Assembly: GCA_937991975.1 (NCBI GenBank)
Contig: CALKLC010000123.1
Span: 1 to 55,114, forward strand
Length of the DNA stretch: 55,114 nucleotides
Reading direction: 5' to 3'
Source of the DNA: an uncultured Spirochaetales bacterium
Lineage (GTDB): Bacteria; Spirochaetota; Spirochaetia; DTKZ01
Part shown: positions 46,894-55,114 of the stretch, piece by piece
Numbering within the stretch: position 1 is the first letter of the stretch
Layout of the letters: each line of letters starts with the position of its first letter
Notes under the pieces: generated by a model
What the model saw: the letters and a program-made list of their open reading frames with translations, nothing else
What the model was told of the DNA's origin: nothing
The model's database searches: none
Translations under genes and position numbers: made by a program

Positions 46894-47637
46894 ATGAATC
46901 CCGACATTACGGAACTTTTGGAAGAATGGCCGTACGATCCAGAGTCCTCGGTGCGGATCATTTCGGCCAACGATGGAAGGAACGTCCTGCAAGTGCGGTT
47001 GCCGTTAGGGATCGAACAGTATGAGCTGGACGGCCGTCCCGATGGGATCAAACCCCATGGGCAAAAGACCTACCTCGATTTCATCGAATCGAGATTGCAG
47101 GAGTTCGTTCGAGAGCACCGAACCGATACGGGATTCATCGTTTCCCATGAAGAGTTCCAGAAACTCCATGAGGAAGGAACCCTGTTCTACTACCGGTACC
47201 TGTTGCTCTTCCAGATCAACGATTTCGAGCGTGTCCTTCGGGATACTTCCCATAATCTGCGGATTTGTGCGTTAGTGGAAAAGTACGTGCAGAGCCAGGA
47301 GGATAAAAGCACCCTTCTCCAGTATAAGCCTTACATCCTTCGGATGAATGCGCTGGCCCGTTCCATGCTTCTCATCCAGCGGCGGGAGGAAGAGCGCGCC
47401 AGAGAGGTGCTCTCCGATACGATCGAACAGATCCGCTCCCTCCCGGAAGTGGACTCTCCCACATTCCAATTTGAAAAGATTCGTTCCATCAACTATTTGA
47501 CCTCTACCCTGAAACAGTTAATGGGAGACTGGGAGGATACGGTGGAACGCTTGAAGAAAGAACTGGAAAAAGCCGTAAAAGAGGAAAATTACGAACTGGC
47601 AGCCAGGTTGAGGGACCAGATCAGGGAGCTGGAATAA
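46894..47637 (+). CDS. hypothetical protein with C-terminal UvrB/UvrC (UVR) motif
   Basis: LQVRLPLGIEQYELDGRPDG N-domain; L..AVKEENYELAARLRDQI. Confidence 0.75.
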   Translation: MNPDITELLEEWPYDPESSVRIISANDGRNVLQVRLPLGIEQYELDGRPDGIKPHGQKTYLDFIESRLQEFVREHRTDTGFIVSHEEFQKLHEEGTLFYYRYLLLFQINDFERVLRDTSHNLRICALVEKYVQSQEDKSTLLQYKPYILRMNALARSMLLIQRREEERAREVLSDTIEQIRSLPEVDSPTFQFEKIRSINYLTSTLKQLMGDWEDTVERLKKELEKAVKEENYELAARLRDQIRELE

Positions 47638-47702
47638 CCCTTGCAACTGCGAACTTGACAAATACTTCCCTTTCAGTATGATGATCGTAGTAGGTTCCAA
47701 CG

Positions 47703-48389
47703 GTGAAGGTAAATAACAAATTCTTATTCATATTGTTTCTAATTGGACAGATACGTTTTATCGCTTCAGGGCAGGAAATTCTCACGGCAGAAAACTTTTT
47801 TGACCGTGTATCTGCTACCTATGGAGATGTAAAGGATTACATTGCCCAGATAAGTATCACTGCAGAAAAAGAGGTAATGGAAGGTACTCTCTTCTACAAG
47901 ATACCCAACCTGTTGCGGATCGACTTCTCCAATCCCGAGGAACAGGTTCTTGTTACGGATGGAAGGAAACTGACCCTCTATATTCCTCAGTATCGGGTAG
48001 TAATGTCTCAAACATTGAAACGACGGTCATCCGCGGCCATTGCATCTATGGCTAGCCGTCAAGGTTTACTCTTGTTGAAGAGGAACTACAGTATTGCGTA
48101 TCTAAATACCCCTGCCCCTGTACCGTTAGAAGAAAAATCCAAAGAGATGGTAACCAAGCTGAAACTATCCTGGAAGTCCAGCGATGAGGGATTCAGGGAG
48201 TTGATTCTTTCCGTGAATTCCGAAGGTCTTATCCGACGAATCGAAGGGATCACTGTGGGGTACCAGAGGATCGTGTTCGATTTCAAGAATATACGGGTAA
48301 ACCAGAACATTCCTGAGAGTCGTTTCAGGTACGATCCGCCGGCCTCTGCCAATGTAATAGAAAACTTTCTCTTCGATCCGGAAAGTTGA
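47703..48389 (+). CDS. lolA: outer-membrane lipoprotein carrier LolA
   Basis: signal peptide, G.L.YK.P..LRIDF..P.EQV.V.DG, F.Y.PP..A.V. Confidence 0.75.
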   Translation: MKVNNKFLFILFLIGQIRFIASGQEILTAENFFDRVSATYGDVKDYIAQISITAEKEVMEGTLFYKIPNLLRIDFSNPEEQVLVTDGRKLTLYIPQYRVVMSQTLKRRSSAAIASMASRQGLLLLKRNYSIAYLNTPAPVPLEEKSKEMVTKLKLSWKSSDEGFRELILSVNSEGLIRRIEGITVGYQRIVFDFKNIRVNQNIPESRFRYDPPASANVIENFLFDPES

Positions 48390-48408
48390 AGCAGGAAGGA
48401 ACAAACCG

Positions 48409-49497
48409 ATGGAGTCTGTAGGAGAGAAGCTTAGGAAAGCCCGAGAGGCAAAGAACGTATCCCTGGACCAGGTTTCGAGGGAGACGAACATTTCCAAACG
48501 GTATCTACAAGCTCTGGAAGAGGAGGATGCATCCCAGTTCCCGGGTGATACCTATGCGATGGGTTTCCTCCGTAACTATGCCGAATACCTGGGGTTGAAT
48601 GCCAGCGAATTGATCACTCTCTATAAAAATATGCGGTTGCAGGAACAGCCGGTTCCCATCGAAGCCCTTCTGGAAAAGAAACGATCCATCAATCCCACCC
48701 TTCTCGTTGGAGGTGTGCTGTTAATCGTGATTGCCGTGGGGGTATTCTTTTTTCTCCGCCCCACAGAAGGGAAAAAGGAAAAACAGGAAGTTGCCTCCCG
48801 GTCACCCACAAAAGTCGAATACCGAGAAGCTCCTCTCGAGCAACCTTTTATCGAGGGGGATGAAATCCTCTTCCCCGCCGAGATCGGTTCCGTACGGGTG
48901 GTAAAGGTGGGTGCTACCGTGGAACTGGCGGGTAATTTTGGCCGCCTGGTAATGAAGCAGGGGCAGGAATCCCTTCTGGATTTACCCGGCTCAAAACAGC
49001 TGGTCAAGGTAATATGCCGGGCTCTGCAACGAGAGGGGAAAACTTCCAAAGCTTTCCTGAAGTTCGAGATGGTTCAAAGAACGGGAGGGCCCGTTCCTTC
49101 CGAAGGTAGTAAAGTGGGGGTCGAAGTGTCTGGGTCGGCAGTCCCTGTGGGGAGTACTACTGAATCAGCTCGCGCGCAACGATCCCGGGTGATTCTCGAA
49201 TCTCCCCATAGTGCTCCTTTTACCCTGGAAATCGAATTTACCGGGTACTGTTTCTTCCGGTACCGAGCGGACAATGGAGAACGGGAAGAAAAGTACTTCC
49301 GCAAAGGTGAAACATTCAAGATGGATATCCAGAAAGAAATATTTTTAGGATTTTCCAACGCCGGCGCTCTCCGGGGAAGGATTCAGGGTAAGGAGATAGA
49401 GTTTGGTAGACCGGGCCAGGTAGGGGTGGGTATCCTCAAATGGGTGGAAAATCACGGAGCAGGCTCTTACCGTCTTGAGTTCGTTCCCCTATACTGA
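48409..49497 (+). CDS. rodZ: RodZ-like HTH_25 membrane protein
   Basis: GEKLRKARE...TNIS.RYL.ALE...Y..GFLRNYAEYLGL, single TM, C-terminal SNAGA. Confidence 0.75.
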   Translation: MESVGEKLRKAREAKNVSLDQVSRETNISKRYLQALEEEDASQFPGDTYAMGFLRNYAEYLGLNASELITLYKNMRLQEQPVPIEALLEKKRSINPTLLVGGVLLIVIAVGVFFFLRPTEGKKEKQEVASRSPTKVEYREAPLEQPFIEGDEILFPAEIGSVRVVKVGATVELAGNFGRLVMKQGQESLLDLPGSKQLVKVICRALQREGKTSKAFLKFEMVQRTGGPVPSEGSKVGVEVSGSAVPVGSTTESARAQRSRVILESPHSAPFTLEIEFTGYCFFRYRADNGEREEKYFRKGETFKMDIQKEIFLGFSNAGALRGRIQGKEIEFGRPGQVGVGILKWVENHGAGSYRLEFVPLY

Positions 49498-49507
49498 ACA
49501 GCATACT

Positions 49508-50866
49508 GTGGGAACTGGAATCCAGAAAAAGAAGTTCTATATTGAAAATCTCGGTTGCGCGAAGAACCTCGTGGATGGGGAATCTCTCGCGGGGATGCTC
49601 CTACAGGAAGGTTGGGAAGCTGTCGAAGATCCTGAAGCTGCAGACTATCTTCTCGTGAATACCTGTGGATTCATCGGGCCTGCAAAGGAAGAGTCTATCA
49701 ATGTCACTCTAGAGTTCCGCGAGCGATATCCTTCTAAAAAGATCCTCCTTACCGGATGTCTGTCCCAACGATACGGGAAAGAGTTGTTTCACCATCTTCC
49801 GGAAGTAGATGGGGTATTCGGGAATCGGGATCTAACGAAAATCGTGGAAATCGTCCAGCAAATGGAAGAAGGGAAAAAGGCTCTTCTGATTCCCGAAGGG
49901 TATGGATCCCACCCGGTTCGTCCTCTCCGGCCCGCTACTCCGGGTTCCACCTATATCAAGATCGCAGAGGGGTGCCGGAATCGCTGTTCCTACTGTGCCA
50001 TTCCCCTTATCCGGGGAGATCTCCGGAGCCGTCATGAGTCGGAGGTCGTGGAGGAGATTCGCACCTTTTTACAGGTTGGGATTCGGGAGTTCAACCTCAT
50101 TGCCCAGGATTTGGGCTCCTACGGCCGCGATAAAGGAAAAGAGGAGGGACTTGTTGCTCTCCTGCGCCGGATTCAGGAGCTTCCAGGCAATTTCTGGATC
50201 CGTCTTCTCTATATCCATCCGGAACATTTTCCACTTGCTCTACTGGACATCTGTAAGGAGGATCGTCGGATCCTTCCTTATTTCGATCTACCTTTTCAGC
50301 ACGCTTCCACAAGGATCCTCGAGGCGATGGGGCGAAGCAAGAGGAGCAAAGAAAACCTCGAGCTGATAGATACGATCCGATCCACCCTGCCCGATGCAGT
50401 TCTACGCTCCACCCTTCTCGTGGGTTTCCCCGGGGAAACAGAGGAAGATTTCGAGGAACTCCTTAAATTTCAAGCTTCTGCAGCCTTCGATTGGTTAGGG
50501 GTATTCACGTATTCACGTGAAGAAGGTACCCGGGCAGAGGAGATGGATCGAAAGAGAGCCCTCCATGTAAAACGATCCGTGGCTCTTTCTCGAAAGAGGA
50601 GGATCGAGGAGGCTCAGATGAATATCACTGGCCAGAAGCTGGATCGGTTCGTGGGAAGGCAATTGGAGGTTCTGGTGGAAGAAAGGGTGGCAGGGGAAAG
50701 TCTCGCCCTCGGCAGAGGGTACCTCCATGCCCCGGAGGTGGATGGTCTTTTGGTGATCCACGATGCTCTGGCCGAGCCGGGCGAAATCGTTCCTGTGCAG
50801 GTGATCCGGCGGAACGGGATCGATCTGGAAGCTGTTCCTGCATGGAAAGAGGGTCTCCATGGGTAA
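49508..50866 (+). CDS. rimO: ribosomal protein S12 methylthiotransferase (start uncertain, 49475 or 49508)
   Basis: LGCAKNLVD, NTCGFI..AKEES, IAEGCRNRCSYCAIP, APEVDG TRAM tail. Confidence 0.92.
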   Translation: MGTGIQKKKFYIENLGCAKNLVDGESLAGMLLQEGWEAVEDPEAADYLLVNTCGFIGPAKEESINVTLEFRERYPSKKILLTGCLSQRYGKELFHHLPEVDGVFGNRDLTKIVEIVQQMEEGKKALLIPEGYGSHPVRPLRPATPGSTYIKIAEGCRNRCSYCAIPLIRGDLRSRHESEVVEEIRTFLQVGIREFNLIAQDLGSYGRDKGKEEGLVALLRRIQELPGNFWIRLLYIHPEHFPLALLDICKEDRRILPYFDLPFQHASTRILEAMGRSKRSKENLELIDTIRSTLPDAVLRSTLLVGFPGETEEDFEELLKFQASAAFDWLGVFTYSREEGTRAEEMDRKRALHVKRSVALSRKRRIEEAQMNITGQKLDRFVGRQLEVLVEERVAGESLALGRGYLHAPEVDGLLVIHDALAEPGEIVPVQVIRRNGIDLEAVPAWKEGLHG

Positions 50867-52967
50867 GGATGACCTTTGGTACCTGGCCGGGCTAAACCCC
50901 CCGCAACGGGAGGCGGTCCTGCACAGGGGTGAGCCTCTTTTGATCCTGGCAGGGGCAGGATCGGGGAAAACCCGGGTGATCACGGTAAAAATTGCACACC
51001 TTATTTTGCGTGAAGGGGTGAACCCTCGATCCATCCTGGCAGTGACCTTCACGAACAAAGCTGCGCAGGAAATGAAGGAACGAGCGATTCAGATCTGTCC
51101 CCAGGCAGGGGATGTGCTGATCAGAACCTTCCATTCCTTCTGTGCCTGGTTTCTCCGACGGAACGCGGCGCTGGCAGGGTTGGACCCCCACTTTTCCATC
51201 TATGATGAAGAAGATTCCCTCGCTCTTCTCCAGTCCCTCTACCCTGATAAGGGAAAAAAGTACCTCTCTTCTTTTGCCTTTGCTATAGGAAGAGCGAAGG
51301 ACTATGGGTTATCCCCGGAAGACCCCCTGGATCGAATTTCCCTTCATCCCGAGTTCGAGGAAATGTTCAGGAGGTACTCGGAGCGTCTCCGGCAGATAGG
51401 AAGTTTGGATTTTGGGGATCTCATTCTACGGAGCCTCGAGGTTCTCCGGCAATTCCCCGAAGTAAAAAAGCGTACGCAGGACCGGTTTCGGGTACTTCTG
51501 GTGGATGAGTACCAGGATTCTAACGTAGCCCAGCATCAGTTGTTGAAGGAGCTATATTCACCCCAAACGTACATCTGTGTGGTAGGGGATGATGATCAAT
51601 CCATCTACCGGTTTCGAGGGGCAGAGGTAGGGAACCTGTTGACCTTTGCCGATGAGTTCCCGGGTACACGGATCATCCGGTTGGAACAGAACTATCGATC
51701 TACTGAAAAGATCCTTCAGGCAGCTTCCGCAGTGGTCAGAAACAATCGGGGGAGGCTGGGGAAAACCCTGTGGACGGATCGGAAAGGAGGGAAAGAACCC
51801 CTGATCTTTTCCTGTATGGATCAGGATGAGGAGGCCAGAATCTGTGTAGATTTGATCCGGAAGAATCCAGGCCTGGAAACCGCTATCCTCTACCGGATCA
51901 ATGCCCAGAGTCGTGTGTTCGAGACTTTGCTCCTCCGTGAAGGGATCCCGTACCGCCTTATAGGAACAGTCCGGTTCTATGAGCGGGAGGAAGTGAAGGA
52001 TGCCCTTGCGTTCCTGCGGTTCCTTTTAAACCCGAAAGATGAAGTCTCCTTTCGCCGGATCGTGAATAAGCCCAGCCGTGGCATAGGTGCGGCTACTGTA
52101 GAAGGGATTCTATCCCATCGGGAAGCGGTGACCGAAGGACTCCTCCAGGCAATGGAAGTAGAAGCTTCCTCGCGGAGAGGAAAAGCCCTGGAAAACCTGC
52201 AAGGCTTCCTTTCCCTCTGCCATCGTCTTCAGGAAGAACTGGAAGCTCTCGAACTTTCCCGGTTCGTGGAGCTATTGATCCGAGAGTCGGGCCTGGAGGA
52301 GTACCATCGGGCACAGGATCAGATCGCAGGTTCCCACAAGATGCGAAACCTGGAAGAACTGGTCAATGCGGCTGAGAGGTATCCCCGAGGGCGGGGTGGG
52401 CTGGCGCAGTTCCTCGAGGAGATCGAACTGGACGCGGCGAGGGTTGCTGCTGAAGAATCCAGCCATGAAAGGCCGTTGGTGACCCTCATTACCATGCACA
52501 ACACGAAGGGGCTCGAGTTCGATCGAGTGATCGTGACAGGGATGGAAGAAGGGCTTTTCCCCCGAGGGGGAGATGAGGGGGAGGAGGATCTAGAGGAGGA
52601 ACGGAGGCTATTCTACGTGGCTATAACCCGGGCTAAGGAGGAGTTGTACTTTACCTACTGCAGAACCCGGAGGCTCCAAGGACGCATTCAGGAGGTTAAA
52701 CCCAGTAGATTCCTCAAAGAGTTACCCTCCTCTGTGTGGGAGCAGTCCAAACCTTTCCTGGATCGGGCTTCCTCTGGTTCGGTTGGGGGTAATGGGTTTG
52801 AGCCAGGCACCCTCGTGTACCATGAGGACTATGGACAGGGGATGGTGATTCGGCAGTGGGTACAGGATGGGATCCTGGTTGTACAGGTGATGTTCGAGAA
52901 TGGCAGGGTAGCGCAGTTCATCCCGCGGTACGAAAGACGGTTGGAAAAGGTTACAAGAGATGGATGA
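50859..52967 (+). CDS. pcrA: ATP-dependent DNA helicase PcrA/UvrD
   Basis: AGAGSGKT, TFTNKAA, VDEYQD, VGDDDQSIY.FRGA, LEQNYRS, KGLEF, EERRLFYVAITRA. Confidence 0.93.
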   Translation: MGKDDLWYLAGLNPPQREAVLHRGEPLLILAGAGSGKTRVITVKIAHLILREGVNPRSILAVTFTNKAAQEMKERAIQICPQAGDVLIRTFHSFCAWFLRRNAALAGLDPHFSIYDEEDSLALLQSLYPDKGKKYLSSFAFAIGRAKDYGLSPEDPLDRISLHPEFEEMFRRYSERLRQIGSLDFGDLILRSLEVLRQFPEVKKRTQDRFRVLLVDEYQDSNVAQHQLLKELYSPQTYICVVGDDDQSIYRFRGAEVGNLLTFADEFPGTRIIRLEQNYRSTEKILQAASAVVRNNRGRLGKTLWTDRKGGKEPLIFSCMDQDEEARICVDLIRKNPGLETAILYRINAQSRVFETLLLREGIPYRLIGTVRFYEREEVKDALAFLRFLLNPKDEVSFRRIVNKPSRGIGAATVEGILSHREAVTEGLLQAMEVEASSRRGKALENLQGFLSLCHRLQEELEALELSRFVELLIRESGLEEYHRAQDQIAGSHKMRNLEELVNAAERYPRGRGGLAQFLEEIELDAARVAAEESSHERPLVTLITMHNTKGLEFDRVIVTGMEEGLFPRGGDEGEEDLEEERRLFYVAITRAKEELYFTYCRTRRLQGRIQEVKPSRFLKELPSSVWEQSKPFLDRASSGSVGGNGFEPGTLVYHEDYGQGMVIRQWVQDGILVVQVMFENGRVAQFIPRYERRLEKVTRDG

Positions 52968-53940
52968 TCCGAAGAGGATGGGTGATATAAAAGGGATCCA
53001 TACCTTTCTTCCGGAGGTGAACCGAGCCAGAGACTGCCGGTTGTACGATCGAAAGGGGAACCGGTACCTGGACCTCTGGCGGAATGGGGGGCGGGCCCTC
53101 CTGGGGCATCGGCCGGACAGGGTGTATAAAGAACTAAAGAACGTTTTGCAGAAAGGGATAGTAGCCGAGTACCCTTCTGTCTATACGTCTCGACTGAAAA
53201 AAGCGCTTCGAGCCCTGATCCCGGGGAGCTGGGAAATCCGGATCTTTGCATCCCGGGACCGGGCGCTATCGGTAGCGAAGGGATTGCTCTACCGAAATGG
53301 GGAAGGAGCCCCCCTGCAGACTGGAGATCAGCTGAAGGATCAGCTGAGGGATCAAGGAAAGGATATAGAGTGTATAAACTCACATCACGGGCCATCCAGC
53401 ACCGCTACACCCCCTATCCCACAGAGCAAAGAGCAGAACTTCCTGGTTGTGGAACCCTTCCTCTACACCATGCAAAAGTTGGTTGATCAGGAGTATGATA
53501 GAGGGGTGTTCTATCGGCCTTTCCTCTCTTTTCCCTATTCCCGGTTCCCGGTGGTGGTTCCTGTGTTGCCTTTTCCAGGAGCCTTTGCTCCCCAGCCTCT
53601 TTTGATCGGAGAACCCTTTTCCAGGGAAGAGCTTCCCCCAGACGATCCTGTATCCCCGGTTCTATCAGCTGCCCTTGCCTGCACGGTCTGGCACCTCATC
53701 CGAGCTTACACTTCGACAGTGCCGAAGTGGGAAGACTGGGAGTTGCCTGGGTGGAATCGAATTACCTGCTATGGGGTCCCTCAGTTCGATCTTTCCCGGT
53801 ACAATCGAGTGTTTGTTTCATTCCTTGAACGCAAGATCCTCATTCCGCCGACACCGGAGGATCCCTTGATTCTACCGATGGAATGGTCCAAAGGGGAAAA
53901 AGCCCTGGTGGAACGTACAGCGAAGGAGCTTTTTGGGTAA
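52960..53940 (+). CDS. hypothetical protein, degenerate class-III aminotransferase-like fold
   Basis: RARDCRLYDRKGNRYLDL...G.ALLGH N-terminus; no recognisable DEV/PLP-lysine motif. Confidence 0.55.
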   Translation: MDDPKRMGDIKGIHTFLPEVNRARDCRLYDRKGNRYLDLWRNGGRALLGHRPDRVYKELKNVLQKGIVAEYPSVYTSRLKKALRALIPGSWEIRIFASRDRALSVAKGLLYRNGEGAPLQTGDQLKDQLRDQGKDIECINSHHGPSSTATPPIPQSKEQNFLVVEPFLYTMQKLVDQEYDRGVFYRPFLSFPYSRFPVVVPVLPFPGAFAPQPLLIGEPFSREELPPDDPVSPVLSAALACTVWHLIRAYTSTVPKWEDWELPGWNRITCYGVPQFDLSRYNRVFVSFLERKILIPPTPEDPLILPMEWSKGEKALVERTAKELFG

Positions 53941-53950
53941 GGAAGGTAGT

Positions 53951-54256
53951 ATGGAAATGGATAAGGTAGTTCTCTTGCTGAGTCGGATCATCATTGGGGG
54001 AGGCGCCACCTTCTGTGCCATTCTTCTTTGGTCGAAGACGAGGGATACAGGGTGGGTGCTTGTGGGGCTGGGTGTCTTCGCCGGATACGCGGAGATTCTC
54101 TACACTACGTTGAAAAGTTTCGGGGTGATTCCTTCTTCTTTATGGGTGGTGAATAATATCTCTATCGTAGAATTGATACTGGTGAATCTACCCTTCATTC
54201 TCATTATGATCGGCTTCATTGTTACGATCACTCGCAGATCCCCTCGCCAGGGATAG
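53951..54256 (+). CDS. small hypothetical membrane protein (3 TM)
   Basis: three hydrophobic segments, AI.LWSKTRD.GW; SD-like AAGGAAGG. Confidence 0.65.
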   Translation: MEMDKVVLLLSRIIIGGGATFCAILLWSKTRDTGWVLVGLGVFAGYAEILYTTLKSFGVIPSSLWVVNNISIVELILVNLPFILIMIGFIVTITRRSPRQG

Positions 54257-54451
54257 TACTTCGTCCTCTTCGAAGAGAATCGATCTGGAAGGGCAATCTT
54301 CGGCGATCTGAGCCACGAGAGGCTCTTCCTGCGGAGTAAGAGTTCTGCGACGAACCTGAGCGTGAAAAGCCCCCATCACAAATAACTGAGGTAAGGTCTC
54401 TGCACAGAGCCCGCACCCCACACATCTGGAAGTATCGATCTTAACTTTCAT
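54188..54451 (-). CDS. single-cluster ferredoxin
   Basis: MKVKID..RCVGCGLC....P..F...EDCP..SI; C-terminal tail overlaps the convergent gene. Confidence 0.75.
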   Translation of the reverse strand: MKVKIDTSRCVGCGLCAETLPQLFVMGAFHAQVRRRTLTPQEEPLVAQIAEDCPSRSILFEEDEVLSLARGSASDRNNEADHNENEG

Positions 54452-54599
54452 ACGATTCTTTAGATTAAAAGTACTTATGATACGATGAAAAAGCCAATTA
54501 TAACTGTAGGGTTTAGGGAATTTTTAGGCTGATACAGGTTTTTTAAAAGCTAAGGTTTACTGATACTCAGAATCCGGTTTCCCCCTTCAAGTTAATTAA

Positions 54600-55114
54600 G
54601 GCCTACTGAAAAACGATTTGGGAGGTAAAAAATAAGCGTTTAGTGATAGAGAGAACAAAAGACAAAAAAGCCCAGTAGGCTTTTCCCAGGTTATGGGCAA
54701 TAGCCGCCATGCATATCCAGGTAATCGCGGTGGATACCAGGCGAGCCCGAATCTCATCCCAGCTGTACCGACGCTTCAGTTCGCCCAATCCTCCCTCCAC
54801 CTCGACTCGCTCCCGTTCATCCAGAAGGATCTGCTTCTGTACTTCCCGTACCCGATCCGCAGACAGCGGACGTCCGTGCGCAGGACCCGACAACCGAATG
54901 TTCTTTTCGGTACAGAACTTTCGGTTCTCTCGCGTACGGTAGATCTTGTCCGCCTGCAGGTAGGGATTCTCGAAGATCTGTTCTACCGTCTCTTCGTCAC
55001 TCAGCTGCAAGATCTCTTTTATGATTTGCGAATCCAGCGCAATACGGAACGATAGCGCCGGAGCCCCCGTCTCAGAGCCGCTCAACGCCGCTTCGTACAA
55101 CGGCTCAAGCTCCC
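54600..55114 (-). mobile_element. IS5-family element, internally deleted, running off the window
   Basis: transposase motifs LSDEETVEQI.ENPYLQ, ADKIYRTRENR..C....IRLSGP, E....EG..GE.KRRY; IR-like end GGCCTACTGAAAA next to TTAATTAA. Confidence 0.8.

Overview
Chromosomal segment of an anaerobic bacterium, most likely Spirochaetota. This is inferred from the pyrG-lptC-lptA-lptB order, an archaeal-type UMP kinase and 'LFAGG.KE'-type solute-binding N-termini. Housekeeping flanks are ymdB, rseC, cheB/cheR, pyrG, lptCAB and trxA on the left, and tRNA-Leu(CAA), a radical SAM gene, pyrH, lolA, rodZ, rimO, pcrA, a ferredoxin and an internally deleted IS5 on the right. Between them lie two blocks. (1) A ~26-kb IclR-associated catabolic island (9970-36126) encodes peptide-type ABC and TRAP transporters, three atypical amidohydrolases, a hydantoinase, hydantoin racemase and N-carbamoylase trio, an aminotransferase, a LarA-family racemase with an Ldh_2 dehydrogenase, IorAB and an ADP-forming acyl-CoA synthetase. 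It looks like a complete route from an N-heterocycle/hydantoin to ATP, with unknown substrate. (2) A trpE-GD-CF-B-A operon is preceded by an unannotated, apparently leaderless WWW leader peptide with an attenuator. Other hidden structure includes IclR-type operator boxes, a 22-bp hairpin repeated 18.4 kb apart, a coupled mini-ORF between trpB and trpA, many leaderless-type promoters and a ~205-nt degenerate palindrome that may be an ncRNA. All calls come from reading motifs by eye; no database searches were run.
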